Positions 1 to 12,725 of a stretch of DNA of 64,000 nucleotides are shown one piece after another. Origin of the DNA: Octopus vulgaris (taxonomy: Eukaryota); the NCBI GenBank assembly GCA_951406725.2, contig OX597820.1:31558001-31622000 (forward strand). The letters are read 5' to 3'. A program made the translations under genes and the position numbers. The stretch's first letter is position 1, and every line of letters starts with the position of its first letter. The notes under the pieces were generated by a model. The model searched no databases, was not told the DNA's origin, and worked only from the letters and a program-made list of their open reading frames with translations.

Positions 1-1351
1 GTATTGAAAGGGTTAATGTCTGTTTTCCATGCTGACATGGATTGGACATATTGTCATCATAATCATCATCATCATTTAATGTACATTTTCCATTCTGGCA
101 TGGGTTGGATGGTTCGACAGCAGTTGGTAAGGCCAGGTGTAGCACCAGGCTCCACACATACACAATGAGCTTCTTTTAGTTTCCACCTACCAAATCTATT
201 CCTAAGGCATTAGTTGGTTTAGGGCTATAGAAAAAAACCACTTGCCTAAAGTGCCATGCAGTGGGACTGAACCACAAGCCTGATAGCTACAAAGCCAGCT
301 TGGTAACCACTCTGCCATGTCTGTTCTTATTGAACCCAACATCACATGTCAATCTATATTTAAAAAACTGTATATGTAGGGCATTACTCTGCAGGATCGG
401 TAGAGCGTCAAGGCAAAATACCTTGTGATGTTATTTATTTCCAGTACTTTATGAGTTCAAATGTCGTCCAGATTAACTTGATTACTTTCCCCAGATCTTT
501 CCAAACTCAATTTGATAAAAATTAAGTATTGCCAGTTTACAACAAGTGGGCTCGATATAAATTGACTGTTTTCTCTTGAAATTGGTGCTCCAGCTTGGCC
601 ACAGTCCAGTGACTGAAACCAAGAAATATGTGAGTAGTAGTAGTAGTAGGCATGTAATGTTGTGTGTTTATTTCCAATTGGAAACAGAATGGTTTTGTTT
701 TCCTACATTTGCCCATTATTTTGTTTTCCAATAATTATATTTGTATATTTCTCAAACGATTTTTTTTCTTACTGCTACAGAGTAATTGTATCTGTGCCTG
801 TGTGTATACATATACATACATGCATGCACACACACACACACACACATCTATATATATGTGTGTGTGTGAATACTTGTCATAATCATCCTAATTTTTCATT
901 TGTTTTTCCATGCTGGCATGACCTGGGCAAATCACCAAGAGCTGACTCAGCACACACACACACACACATGTATATATGGAGGGGGTGTATACTCTATGTA
1001 TATGCATGCATATGTATACATATATGTGTCTATAAATACACACACGCACACATATACTCTTTTACTCTTTTACTTGTTTCAGTCATTTGACTGTGGCCAT
1101 GTTGGAGCACTGCCTTTTAGTCGAGCAAATCGACCCCAGGACTTATTCTTTGTAAGCCTGGTGCATGAGTGAAAAGAGCTTGGTGACAGGTTTATTGTTG
1201 TCATGAAGTATCCAATTCTTCATGCTCCACAGATCCTGGTAAATTTTCTTATATCTGTGTTAATATAAATATTCCAGCATATTTTTGCATGTATGCTTTA
1301 TTATACTACTATAATGTTCTTTGTATGTATTGAGCACTCTATACTCTATAC

Positions 1352-1537
1352 CAGTGCTCTGCAACCTTTTTTCACTTGCTGTACACTTATATTTTTTTCA
1401 AAATCTTGTGGTACACCTGAACTCAAAACATAACCAAAAGTATAGGGCAAAAAGTTATATTCAGTTTACACTTCAGCACACCTAGCATTGTCTCATAGCA
1501 CACCAGTGTAACGTGGCATACTGGTTGCAGAGCACTA
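1352..1537. mobile_element. hAT (Charlie-like) MITE
   Basis: 15-bp TIRs cagtgctctgcaacc / ggttgcagagcacta; degenerate 8-bp TSD ctctatac / ccctataa. Confidence 0.75.
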
Positions 1538-1718
1538 CCCTATAATGTAAAACTATCCTTGTCATTGTCATTATTGCTATGCTTTCATGAAGCAGATTTT
1601 CTATAGCCAAATGCTCTTCCTGTCACCAACCCACACTTCTTTCCAAGTAAGGTAATATTTCCCCTTGGTTAGCCACTAAAGCTGTTTTTATTCTCTCTCT
1701 GTTTAATTTCTTGTGTTC

Positions 1719-1754
1719 CTTTCTGTTGAAGAGCGTAGGCTCGAAACGTAAAAG
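1719..1754 (+). ncRNA. Minimal hammerhead motif with A6>U core change, inside a ~160-bp insertion (about 1680-1838)
   Basis: CUUU CUGUUGA A GAGC guag GCUC GAAAC GUA AAAG. Confidence 0.7.
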
Positions 1755-3241
1755 ATTTTCTCACCTTTCCGAGCGTTAAACTAATACACCTGCTTATTGT
1801 TTATACACCTGTCTTTTGTCTTTTTGTAAATTCCAATTAGACATATTTACACAGATTGCAAGTGAAGGACACTGCTTGGAATGATGATGACATTTGCTTA
1901 CAATTATCATGATCTCTGGACACAAAGACACACAAAAACTGAAACTCAGTTGATCTGATTAATGGAATAACCTGCTCATTACATTAATGTGTAAGTGGCT
2001 GAGCATTCCATAAACACGTGTCCCTTTAACTCTTCAGTATTTAAACTGGCCATATCTGACCCAAATATTCTTCATATTTTATGTTCAAAATGGCCAGATC
2101 CGGCTTCTCACATCTTCCCTATAAGGTTATTTTGAAAATAAACAATCACATCATCAAAATCTCATAGCTACAAGATAACACTTGATCAATTAAAAACAAT
2201 GGGAATAAATAAGTATTACATTTACAGAATAATTTGAATGCTAGAGGGTTAACACATTTTAACCCACTGTCTTTGTTTGAGGACAGTTGCCTTTAGTTTA
2301 TGCCGGTGTGCAGGTGGCACATAAAAAAAAACAAAACACCATTTGGGTGTGGCCGTTGCCAGTACTGCCTGACTGGCCCTCGTGCAGGTGGCATGTAAAA
2401 CCACCCACTACACTCTTGGAGTGGTTGGCGTTAGGAAGGGCATCCAGCTGTAGAAACTCTGCCAGGTCAAGATTGGAGCCTGGTGCAGCCATCTGGTTTG
2501 CCAGTCCTCAGTCAAATCGTCCAACCCATGCTAGCATGGAAAGTGGACATTAAACGATGATGATGATGATGATGACTACAATAAAGGTTAACTGGATGCT
2601 TCCGTATGTTTATTATCCCTATTTATATAACTATCTTCAAAATTTTGACAGGGTTAACCTGGATTAAAATGGGTTAATGTAGTTCTCAGGTAGGTTCAGT
2701 GTGACATGGAATGTAACAAGACTGGCCCCTTTGAATTACAGGTACAACTCATTTTTGCCAGCTGAGTGGACTGGAGGAATGTGAAATAAAGTATCTTGCT
2801 CAAAGACAATGCATGACAAGGAATTGAACTCATAACCTTATAAACATTAGCTTAATACCTCAACCCCGAAGCATCACACAGAAACACACACACACATACA
2901 CATCTATCAAATCCTCTCTACCAATTCCTTCTACCAAGTCCACTCAAAAAGGTTTTGATTGGCTGTGGTTGAAGGCACTCATCTAAGGTGTCACACAATG
3001 GGATTGAACTTGAAACCTTGTGCTTAGGAAGCAAGCTTCTGAACCACACAACCTTGCCTGCTATTATATGTGGTCTGATCAATAAGTATCCGGACTGTTG
3101 CCATAGTGACAAAGCCAAAAGCATGGAGAGTGAAGCTGCTTGGCACTGCATGCACAGTAAGTTTTAACGTTTTAGTTCACTTCTGCTGTTTACAGCAGTG
3201 CTTAGAAGGAAGGTGTGTAGCGTGTGATCATCACATTGGCC

Positions 3242-3560
3242 ATGACAGAGAAAGTTGAACAGAGAATCTGCATCAAATTTTGCCAAAAGCTTGGTGATAC
3301 CTGTTCAGAGGTCTACGCAAAGTTTTCAAAAACTTTTAATTGTTCTTGACACAATCAAGGAGATCTTGTGCAACTTAAACCTGACTTGGCAGACATGTGT
3401 CTCATACCCAAATTTCCAGTGATAATGGACTAAACTGAACCGTAACTAATCAGCATATCCTCTGATAGCTCACGGATGGTGATTCGCCAATTTCTCCTCA
3501 CAACTGCATGCACACCTGCGAAGTTTTTCTCTGTTCTGCTGGTTGCGTGTCTTCCATAAC
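3242..3560. mobile_element. Mariner transposase N-terminal relic with an internal inversion
   Basis: + strand MTEKVEQRICIKFCQKLGDTCSEVY from 3242; - strand RITIRELSEDMLISYGSV*SIITGNLGMRHMSAK (second HTH) at about 3385-3520. Confidence 0.72.
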
Positions 3561-3661
3561 AATTGTCAATATTGACATTTTTTCAACGTATAAACTGCTA
3601 GTACACTTGTGTGTGGCTCATACACTTCTCTCCATACACTTTCTGTAACTATGAGTACAGA

Positions 3662-4060
3662 CGTAGGAGTAGCTATGTGGTAAAGTAGCTTGCTTACCAA
3701 CCACATAGTTCTGGGTTCAGTCCCACTGCGACTGCGTGGCACCTTGGGCAAGTGTCTTCTACTGTAGCCTTGGGCTGACCGAAGCCTTGTGAGTGGATTT
3801 GGTAGACAGAAACTGAAAGAAGCCCGTCATATATATATATATGTGTGTTTGTGTGTCTGTGTTTGTCCTCTCAACATCGCTTGACAACTGATGCTGGTGT
3901 GTTTACGTCCCTGTCACTTAGCGGTTCGGCAAGAGAGACCGATAGAATAAGTACTAGGCTTACAAAGAATAAGTCCTGGGGTCGATTTGATCGACTAAAG
4001 GCGGTGCTCCAGCATGGCCACAGTCAAATGACTGAAACAAGTAAAAGAGAGTAAAGAGTA
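3662..4060 (+). mobile_element. SINE family A (tRNA-like head, CORE-like CCTTGGGCAAGT, internal TA/TG microsatellite), full-length copy
   Basis: Other copies: 30132-30540 +, 57010-57390 +, 60416-60850 +, 60925-61428 -, 63280-63643 -, 51595-51875 +, 25889-26166 +; fragments near 165-320, 1055-1160, 2925-3062, 24495-24643, 35075-35232, 38065-38642, 49985-50120. Confidence 0.88.
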
Positions 4061-4224
4061 TATGTACGTACTCTCTCTCTCTCTCTTACACTCCCTGCTA
4101 GATCTTAAGTTTTTTGTTCCACTGTGAGTAATGGACAAGCTAAACAGTGTGAGGAATTAATGAGGGTGATAACAATGGAAGATTGATTTCACTGCTGTTT
4201 GTTTGTGTAGTCATACAGTTATCA

Positions 4225-4632
4225 ACCATCATCATCAGCAGCAGCAACAGCATTGTCATTACCATCATCATCATCATCATCGTCGTTTAACGTCTGCTTT
4301 CCATGCTAGCATGGGTTGGACTGCTAGCTTGGGTTATTATTATGAATATCACCATTGCCATCATCATCACCATCATCATTGTCAGTTTTATCACCCTCAG
4401 CATTATCATGTTCAACACTCTCATCATGATCACCATCATCATCATCATCATCGTCTTCATGTTCATCATCATTATCATCCACCATCATCATCATCTGTAT
4501 TATCATTTTCAGTCGTCGTCATCATCATCATCTTCAATGTCTTCATGTTCATCATTGTTATTATCATCATCCGTATTATCATTTTCACTGTCATTATCAT
4601 CATCATCATCATCATATTTACTGTCTTTATAT

Positions 4633-4663
<31 letters not shown>

Positions 4664-4700
4664 TTTTGTCATCCTCTGCATCATCTATATTATTATCATC
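4225..4700. repeat. (CAT)n-rich low-complexity tract; similar tracts at 6420-7390, 31850-32700, 55970-56430, 59170-59975
   Basis: Degenerate CAT/CAC/GGT trinucleotide arrays giving poly-H/I/S/D pseudo-ORFs. Confidence 0.95.
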
Positions 4701-7461
4701 ACCAATATTGTTACTCTGTCTATCAAGACTAACAAGCACCGTTTCAAATGTCTTATTGATTGTTGGTTGGTTTTTTGTTTTTTTAAGGGTAACTGGCAGT
4801 ATTTGTTAGAATTGGTAGCTTGACTTACTGAGTTTCTTGGGTAGAAGTATACAGGTGGAGAGGTAGTGATTCTCTTGCTGATAATGATGATAATAATAAT
4901 ATTAATAATGATGCTGATGATGATTTCTAACATATGTGCAGACATGACTGGTGTTTAGAAGTTTACTTCTCAGTCATGTGGTTTTGGATTCAACCTCACT
5001 GCCCAGCATCTTGGGCAAGTGTCTACCTTGGGTGACCAAAGTCTCAAGAATGGATTTGGTTGACAAAGACTGAAAGAAGCCTTGCCCTTATTCTGTTCTT
5101 CTGCTCCTTTCACTTCTCCTCACCTTGTACAGTTCCTGGACTCATATCATCATCATCATCGTTTAATGTCTGCTTTCCATGCTAGCATGGGTTGGACGAT
5201 TTGGCTAAGGACTGGTGAAACAGATGGCTGCACCAGGCTCCAGTCTTGATCTGGCAGAGTTTCTACAGCTGGATGCCCTTCCTAACACCAACCACTCCGA
5301 GAGTATAGTGGGTGATTTTATGTGCCACCGGCATGAGGGCCAGTCAGGCGGTACTGGCAATGGCCATGCTCAAATGGTGTTTTGTACATGCCACCTGAAC
5401 AGGAGCCAGTCCAGCGGCACTGGCAACAACCTCACTCAAATGTTTTTCATGTGCCACCAGCACAAGTGTCAGTAAGGAGACACTGATAACAATCACGCTT
5501 GAATGGTGCTTTTTACGTGCCACTAGCATGGAAGCCAGTTTGCTGCTCTTGCAACGTCACGCTCGGATGGTGCTCTTACTAGGCAATGACAAAGGTTTAA
5601 AATATATGGAGCATTGCTGTACTCAAGACGACCTGCCCTCCACAACAGAATTGACATCCCAAAACCACCTTGGTAATGCTTGCCCATGAAGGGTGCTGGT
5701 GCTGGAGCCACATAAAAAGCACTTGAGCTGATGCCATTTAAAAAGCACCCAATAATCTCTCTAAAGTAGTTGGTTTTAGGAAGGGTATCCAGCCGTAGAA
5801 ATCGAGCTAAAACAGATGACTAGAACCTGGTGCAACTCTTGGGCTTACCAGCTCCTGTTAAACCATCCAATCCATGCCAGCATGGAAAACATGTTAAATG
5901 ATGATGCCCTTCTTTATTTAAGATGGTATCTGTATGATTTGAGGAAAATATGTTACTATTTCTAGCAGGTTGAGTGACCCCATAGAGGCTTTCATGCTAG
6001 CTCAGTGGCTATACTGTTTCTTTTAATTTCTTTACATAGACACAGGTCCTCAAATTTTTAGATGAGGACAAGAGAAGTTGCGACATTAAAGCCTTTTCTT
6101 AACTTAAGAGTAAAGAAACAACTCCAACCAGGCGTGAGAACTGGGTCTTGAACTCCTCCCGCTGGGAGCTTACTGACACTCTGTGATTTGTGATTGAAAG
6201 GCTTTTGTTATTGATATTAACTTCTTTGTAATAGTGGGATTACATATACATACATACATACATACATATATATATATATACATATACACCACCTCCTACT
6301 CCCTCTCCTCCTTGTCTCTCTAAGGTAGGATGTACAAACGGACACAAATATTGTTTTGACAATATCAATAGTTAGGAGAGTTTATGTCCTTTGGTACTCA
6401 TTACCAGAAATTATCAAGTTGTTGTCATCACTGACACAATACCGGTTGAATTCAATCCATCATCATCATTGTTGTCATCACCCTTATTGCTGATTATCGG
6501 CATTGTTCATTGTTGCTATTTTCATCCATTCATTCTTTATTTTCATCATCATCACCATGAACTGGTGTATTGTTCATCACCACTATCATCATCACCATTA
6601 TCACAACGATCTCTTTCATCATCATCATCATCATCATCATCACTGACTCTACCATTGCCTGCATCACCACCATCATCATCATCATCACCAACACCACCAT
6701 CATCATCATCATCACCAACACCACCATTGTCATTGTCATCATGATCATCACTGACACTACCATCGTCACTATCATCATTGTCGTCATCATCACCCTCATC
6801 ACCAATAGCACCACTGTCATCACTATCATCACGAACACCACCACTGTCGTTGCCACTATTATCCTCATCATCACCAACAACACCAGTCATCACTATCATC
6901 ATCATCATCATCATCATCACCAACTGTTGTCATCACTATCATCACCATCATTATCATCACTATCATCACCATCATTGTCATCATCATCGTAACCATGTAT
7001 TGGTCATCTCTATCATCATCATCATCACCAACACCACCACTGTTGTCATCACTATCATCACCATTGTCATCACCACCATCATCATCATCATCCTCAGCAT
7101 GTATTGGTCATCTCTATTATCATCATCATCATCACCAATACCACCATTTATCATCACCACTCACATGATGATGATCATCATAATCATGATCATCACCACC
7201 ACCATCACTATCATCATCAACAGTAGTATTTGTTCATAGCCACTGTCTTTGTCATCATCATCACCAACTGCATCAGTTCCAGCAATGTTGTTTATCAACA
7301 AAACCATGATGTCCATCGGCAACACCACCTTCATCAGCTGCACTATCCTAAGCTCACCACCACCACGTTCCCCGCCTCCAGCATTATCATTAGTAGAAGC
7401 AGTTTTATTACTATTTCTCATTATACTCACACATACATTATTTACCATCTTGTTTGTTGTT

Positions 7462-7507
7462 AACACAACGTTTCGGCTGATATACCCTCCAGCCTTCATC
7501 AGGTGTC
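7462..7507 (-). ncRNA. Minimal type-I hammerhead ribozyme motif (intact core)
   Basis: Minus strand: GACAC CUGAUGA A GGCUG gaggguauau CAGCC GAAAC GUU GUGUU; stem I GACAC/GUGUU, 5-bp stem II, loopless palindromic stem III. Confidence 0.85.
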
Positions 7508-7554
7508 TTGAGGAAATTTTGAAACTGGATTCTCATTCCTAAGGTATTTTTCAA

Positions 7555-7588
<34 letters not shown>

Positions 7589-7600
7589 GTTAGTGTTCGA

Positions 7601-7672
7601 GTCACTGCTTGGAATCGAACTCGGAATCTTGGGGTTAGTAGCCTGTGCTCTTAACCACTATGCCATATGCCC
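7601..7672 (-). mobile_element. tRNA-derived Pol III head joined by (AAT)n to a hammerhead-bearing body (about 7440-7560)
   Basis: A box TGGCATAGTGG (7665-7655) and B box GAGTTCGATTCC (7622-7611); no complete cloverleaf acceptor stem. Confidence 0.7.
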
Positions 7673-7680
7673 GTGGGCAT

Positions 7681-7732
<52 letters not shown>

Positions 7733-7787
7733 CAACAACATCGAAAAATACCTTAGGAATGAGAACCCAGGTTCAAAATTTCCCCAA

Positions 7788-7830
7788 GACACCTGAAGAA
7801 GGCTGGAGGGTGTATCAGCTGAAATGTGTT
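7788..7830 (+). ncRNA. Degenerate inverted copy of the same hammerhead
   Basis: GACAC CUGAAGA A GGCUG...CAGCU GAAAU GUGUU; the cleavage triplet is deleted. Confidence 0.65.
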
Positions 7831-8367
7831 AAGGACAAATATCCGTCGAATGTAAATAATGTACAGAATTCCTCATCTCTTAAATATAGAACTGTACTCA
7901 CACATACATGTTTCTCCTTTTGGTGCCTCTCTGACTGATCTATTTTAGATCAATTAGCATTACCAATTTTTAAGGTAGCACTACCACCACCACCACCACC
8001 ACCAGCACCATCAACCCTTCAATCATTTCCCCTACCACCATTCAGTACCGGTTTCCTTAACAACCATCTTGTTTAGGTGCCACTTCAAGTTGGCATTGTT
8101 TTGAAGTTAGTAATTATTCATCTCTTGACCAAGGGTCACTAAACTGAGAGTGAAGGTCATTGAACTTGGAAAATGGAACTTGTCTAATATTGATTTTTTA
8201 CACAAGTTCAACACCACCAACAGCAGCAGCTGTTGTTGTTGTTGTTGGCCAAAAGTTTGGCATCAAGGGAACTGAAAGTGTCTTCAGCATTTGTGAACAT
8301 GTTACAAAAAGCAGAAGAGTGAAGAATTGTGTCTTTTGGATGCAGTTTCAGATATTTGTGTGTATGT

Positions 8368-9008
8368 GTAAGTGTAGCACTGTCCCAGATACAGAAGTAG
8401 AATACCCACACTTCCAATATAGTGTGTGTGTGTGTGTGTGTAGGTGTAACACTGTCCCAGATATGGAAGCAGAATACCCACACTCCCAATATAGTGTGTG
8501 TGTGTAAGTGTAACACCGTCCCAGATATGGAAGTAGAATACCCACACTTCCAATATTGTATGTGTGTGTATGTGTGTAGGTGTAACACTGTCCCAGATAT
8601 GGAAGCAGAATACCCACACTTCCAATATAGTGTGTGTGTGTAAGTGTAACACCGCCCCAGATATGGAAGTAGAATACCCACACTTCCAATATAGTGTGTG
8701 TGTGTAAGTGTAACACTGTCCCAGATATGGAAGTAGAATACCCTTACTTCCAATATAATGTGTGTGTGTCTGTGTGTGGCTATAACACTGTCCCAGATAT
8801 GGAAGTAGAATACTCACACTTCCAATTTAGTGTGTGTAAGTGTAACACTGTCCTACATATAGAAGCAGAATATCCACACTTTCAAAATAGCGTGTGTGTG
8901 TGTGGTGGGTGGTGTAACATTGTCCCTGATATGGAAGCAGAATACTCACACTTCCAATATAGTGTGTGTGTGTAAGTGTAACACTGTCCCAAATATGGAA
9001 GCAGAATA
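8368..9008. repeat. Minisatellite, about 10 copies of a 60-73 bp unit
   Basis: gtgtaacactgtcccagatatggaagtagaatacccacacttccaatatag followed by (TG)n of variable length. Confidence 0.95.
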
Positions 9009-9255
9009 AAATATTTTCTCAAATTATGGAAATGTACCACCAGTGATGTGCATGGTGGTTGTGTGAAGTTTGTGGTGAACCACTGGTGCTACATGTGTTA
9101 GTTAAGGTGTTAAATTCCAAACCTCAGCTTAATAACGACAAAGTTATTTTCCTAAATTCTTCATTATTTCCAAACTTAATTGAAACACGAGTGTATTTCA
9201 CCAGAGACATGGTAACAAGAGGGTTAAGTAGTTCTTCTTTGCTGTTTGTTTTCAG

Positions 9256-9350
9256 AGAATCGATGGACGCCAGCCTTATGATTATCGGCGACTGAAGATT
9301 ACATTTGGTGTGGAAAGAGGCTGCTGCCAGGTAGAACTTGGTAAAACCAG
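9256..9350 (+). CDS. EXOSC9: EXOSC9/RRP45 coding exon (first visible; RIDGRQPYDYRRLKITFGVERGCCQVELGKTR)
   Basis: ttcag| acceptor and |gtaatc donor; 95 nt, phase 0 to 2; R-x-DGR motif of the RNase PH family, matching RRP45 RLDGRQTYDYR...CCIVELGKTR. Confidence 0.95.
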
Positions 9351-9502
9351 GTAATCTTTTTGTTTTTGTGTTCATTTTTGTAATAGTTTTTGAAGGTACT
9401 TTGGGATTGAACCTAGAACTGTGCAGAGTGAACTTTGTGTAAACATGCATCCATGCTAACTCTTGAATTTATTAATATTTTACATTTGTGTATGCATGTG
9501 TT

Positions 9503-9545
<43 letters not shown>

Positions 9546-9785
9546 GTAAATATAATATATGACAATTATTTGGTAGCCATGATAAAACTCTGGGTTTCGG
9601 ATGCCGGGGCAGAAACCCACGCTGCCATCTCTTCAATTATTGGGTCATCGAAAAAAATGCTATATGTATGTATATTATCATCATAATCACCGTTTAATGT
9701 CTGTTTTCCATGCTGGCATGGGTTGGATGGTTTGACAAGATCTAGTAAGGTTGTCCAATCCATGCCTGGTCAGAATTGTAATACT

Positions 9786-9826
<41 letters not shown>

Positions 9827-11149
9827 CAAGTTATAAATAATGGTCATTTCATATTTTTCCATTATTAGAGCAAATTAGGTTTACAACTGTTTCCAGTGGT
9901 CATTATAGATAGCAGTGGTGTGCCACCTATGAAGGCAGTGCCTACTTTGAATAAAATAGATTGATAGCAACATTTTCCTTTTATGGCAAAATATGCACTT
10001 AATTCAATGAAATTATGAAGGTTACACTGATTACTATTCATAAAATGCAAAATATTTCATTTTTTTTTTTGCCTTTCAATCTCAGTATTTAAGCTACGTA
10101 TAGTACTGCTGTAGTACATGTGCTGTGTACATTCCTACAACACCATTTTCTGTATGTGCTATAAAGGCAGAAGTAAATCTGCCTTCAGCTCAGTCACGCG
10201 GTTGTGTTTCGCTTATTTTTTGTGTGTTTTACTTCATAAATGTCACCAACTGCCTACTCTGAGTAATTACTGACGGCACCTGCCTGCATTATAGGTATGT
10301 TACTGATGGGCTTACTCAGTTGGTCTATTGATCAGTTGAGAAAAATTAAACGACCTAAAAAAATTGATCTTACTTTCATCTGAGCCATTTCTGGTTATAA
10401 CAAAGCAGAACACTGAAGGAATGGTGAGTGCATGGGGAAGGGAGGAAAAGATGGAATATCTTTATTAATATGTAGCAGAAATAACAGAGTGACTCAGGGT
10501 CTGAAAGTTTCATGCATTGGCACTTATCAAACTGGTCAGCAATTGAAGGCCTGTGGGTTTATATAGTTGATAAATTTCCCTCTGGATTGCTCTAGAATGA
10601 ATCATAATAATGTTTAAGTGCCTATGCACAAGACTCTTGGACCTTGAGTCACTGTTTTACTTCTGCTAAATATTAATAAAAATATTCATATACTCATATT
10701 TTAAGTTCTATTTTCCCTATATGCATCAACATACCTGTATGTATATATATATATATCAGGCGTAATGGCCCAGTGGTTAAGGCAGCAGACTTGCAGTCGT
10801 AGGATCACGGTTTTGATTCCCAGACCGGGTGTTTGTGAGTGTTTATTGAGCAAAACCACCTAAATCTCCACGAGGCTCCAGCAGCGGGTGGTGGCGAATC
10901 CTGCTGTATTCTTTCACCACAACTTTCTCTCATTCTTTCTTCCTGTTTCTGCTGTACCTGTATTTCAAAGGGCCAGCCTTGTCACACTCTGCGTCATGCT
11001 GAATCTCTCCGAGAACTACGTTAAGGGTACACGTGTTTGTGGAGTGCTTAGTCACTTGCATGTTAATTTCAAGAGCAGGCTGTTCTGTTGATCGGATCAA
11101 CAGGAACCCTCATCATCATAACCAACGGCGTGCCATGATTCATATAAAA

Positions 11150-11383
11150 GATTGGTCAAAATTCACCCGACAGTAAATCAAAATTCCATAAATACCTAAA
11201 ATTCAATTTTATTTATTCATTCCAATTATGAATGTTTAATAATTGAATACTGTGAGTTAAACTCACCGTTTTTTTTCAACATTTGTCTATTTATTAGTGA
11301 ATGCTCATATAAAATGATTTTTTGTTTTAATCTTGAAATTAAATGGTTCTGATTTACTGTCAGGTGACTTTTGGCCAACCCAG
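11150..11383. mobile_element. Tc1/mariner-type MITE
   Basis: Inverted termini ttggtcaaaattcacccgacagtaaatca / tgatttactgtcaggtgacttttggccaa, ending in cag|TA. Confidence 0.6.
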
Positions 11384-11517
11384 TATATATATATAATTTT
11401 TTCAGTCTGTGAAGAAATGGCTAAAATTTGCCCTATTTATAATTATACCATATATTGCATATATATAAAACTTAATTCATGTTTTCTTTTCTAATGTTAT
11501 TTCTTAACATTTTTCAG

Positions 11518-11637
11518 AGTTTTGGCACAAGTAACAGCAACTGTAGGGCAACCGAAACCTAATCGTCCCACAGATGGCATCCTGTTTGTTAATGTGGAAC
11601 TCTCTCCTATGGCATCACCGGCGTTTGAACCTGGAAG
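11518..11637 (+). CDS. EXOSC9: EXOSC9 exon (VLAQVTATVGQPKPNRPTDGILFVNVELSPMASPAFEPGR)
   Basis: ttttcag| and |gtgagg; 120 nt, phase 2 to 2; RRP45 signature G-I-L-F-x-N-x-E-L-S-x-M-A-x-P-A-F-E-P-G-R. Confidence 0.96.
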
Positions 11638-12210
11638 GTGAGGAAACCATCAGCTTCTCTAACATTTGATTACAAGTCCAGTGTCCGATTCCAAACCTCT
11701 TTGAAAGTTGCATACAGCAATCCCAGTAAGCTATTGCATGGTTGTTCAACTCAGCCTATTAGAAATAGCAGCCAAATCTCTCTCAAATTACACAGTATTG
11801 TCTTAAAAGAGGAAAGATGGAAATATGTGTGACAGTTTCTTGCATATTGTTTCTGTATGTTAATTTGTTGCATGCCAGTATTAGGAGAGAGAGAGAGAGA
11901 GAGAGAGAGACACACACACATTTATATATAACGTAAAAGCACTCATGCCAGTGTCACTTAGGTAGTAACCATGCTGGTGCCATGTATAAAGCATCTGTAC
12001 TGGTGCCATGTAAAAAACAACAAGTACCACTCTGTAAAGTGGTTGACATTAGGGAGAGCATCCAGCCATGGAAACCATGCCAAAACAGACAATTGGAGCT
12101 TGAAGCAGCTCTCCAGCTGGTCATCTCCTGTTAAACTATCCAGCCCATGCCACCATGGAAAATAGATGTTAAATGATGAGGAGGATGATACACACACACA
12201 CATGCGCACA

Positions 12211-12725
12211 TCTATTATATAAAATCCGTTCTGTCTGTCTGTGTATGTGTCTTCTAGGATCTCGGGCATCCTCCATCCAATTCTGCTCAAATTTGATATG
12301 TGGATACCAACGGTATCAAGGCATGTATACGTCTTGAAAAAATTACAAAAGTCGATTCCAGGTGAGAATGCGATTGATAAAGCCGTGGGAACGTGCATTT
12401 GTACGCGCAAGTACATCAGCTGTTGCGATTGATACTACGCGTACACGAGAAAGAGTCTATATTTATTTCTTCTTTCGCTGGTGTCTTAAATTTAGGTTAA
12501 ATCAGTGTTTCTCAAAGGGGAGGCCTATAGGACGGTCAGACAAGTTGTTTTGAGAAAATTTGGTTTAAATGTTTGACAACTCAGCACCATCCATTGGATG
12601 GGGTGGAGGGCGTTTTGCTCGTACATTATATGTATGTTGGATGGGAGAGACAGCAAAAAGAGGCTCTTGTTATGAAGCAAGAGAGAGAGGAATTAAGATA
12701 GAATCCAGGTGGAGATGATGACTAG
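12211..12725 (+). mobile_element. Possible Helitron-like element
   Basis: A|TCTATTATATAAAAT start, (TCTG)n, CpG-rich body, possible CTAG|T end; 3' hairpin not clear. Confidence 0.4.

Noticed and set aside
4203-7542. Long His/Ile/Asp/Ser-rich ORFs (also 31831-32568, 55868-56338, 59255-60107)
   Set aside because: Trinucleotide low-complexity tracts open in several frames and on both strands, with no splice or domain support
8368-9008. CRISPR-like repeat-spacer appearance
   Set aside because: Spacers are only (TG)n, there are no unique spacers or cas genes, and the context is a eukaryotic intron
1-9255. First coding exon and promoter of EXOSC9
   Set aside because: No exon encoding the expected ~22-aa N-terminus was found by eye; probably upstream of the window
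10759-10830. Possible tRNA genes (also 46231, 33490-33561, 7601-7672)
   Set aside because: No paired acceptor stem, and each continues into a repeat body; these are SINE heads
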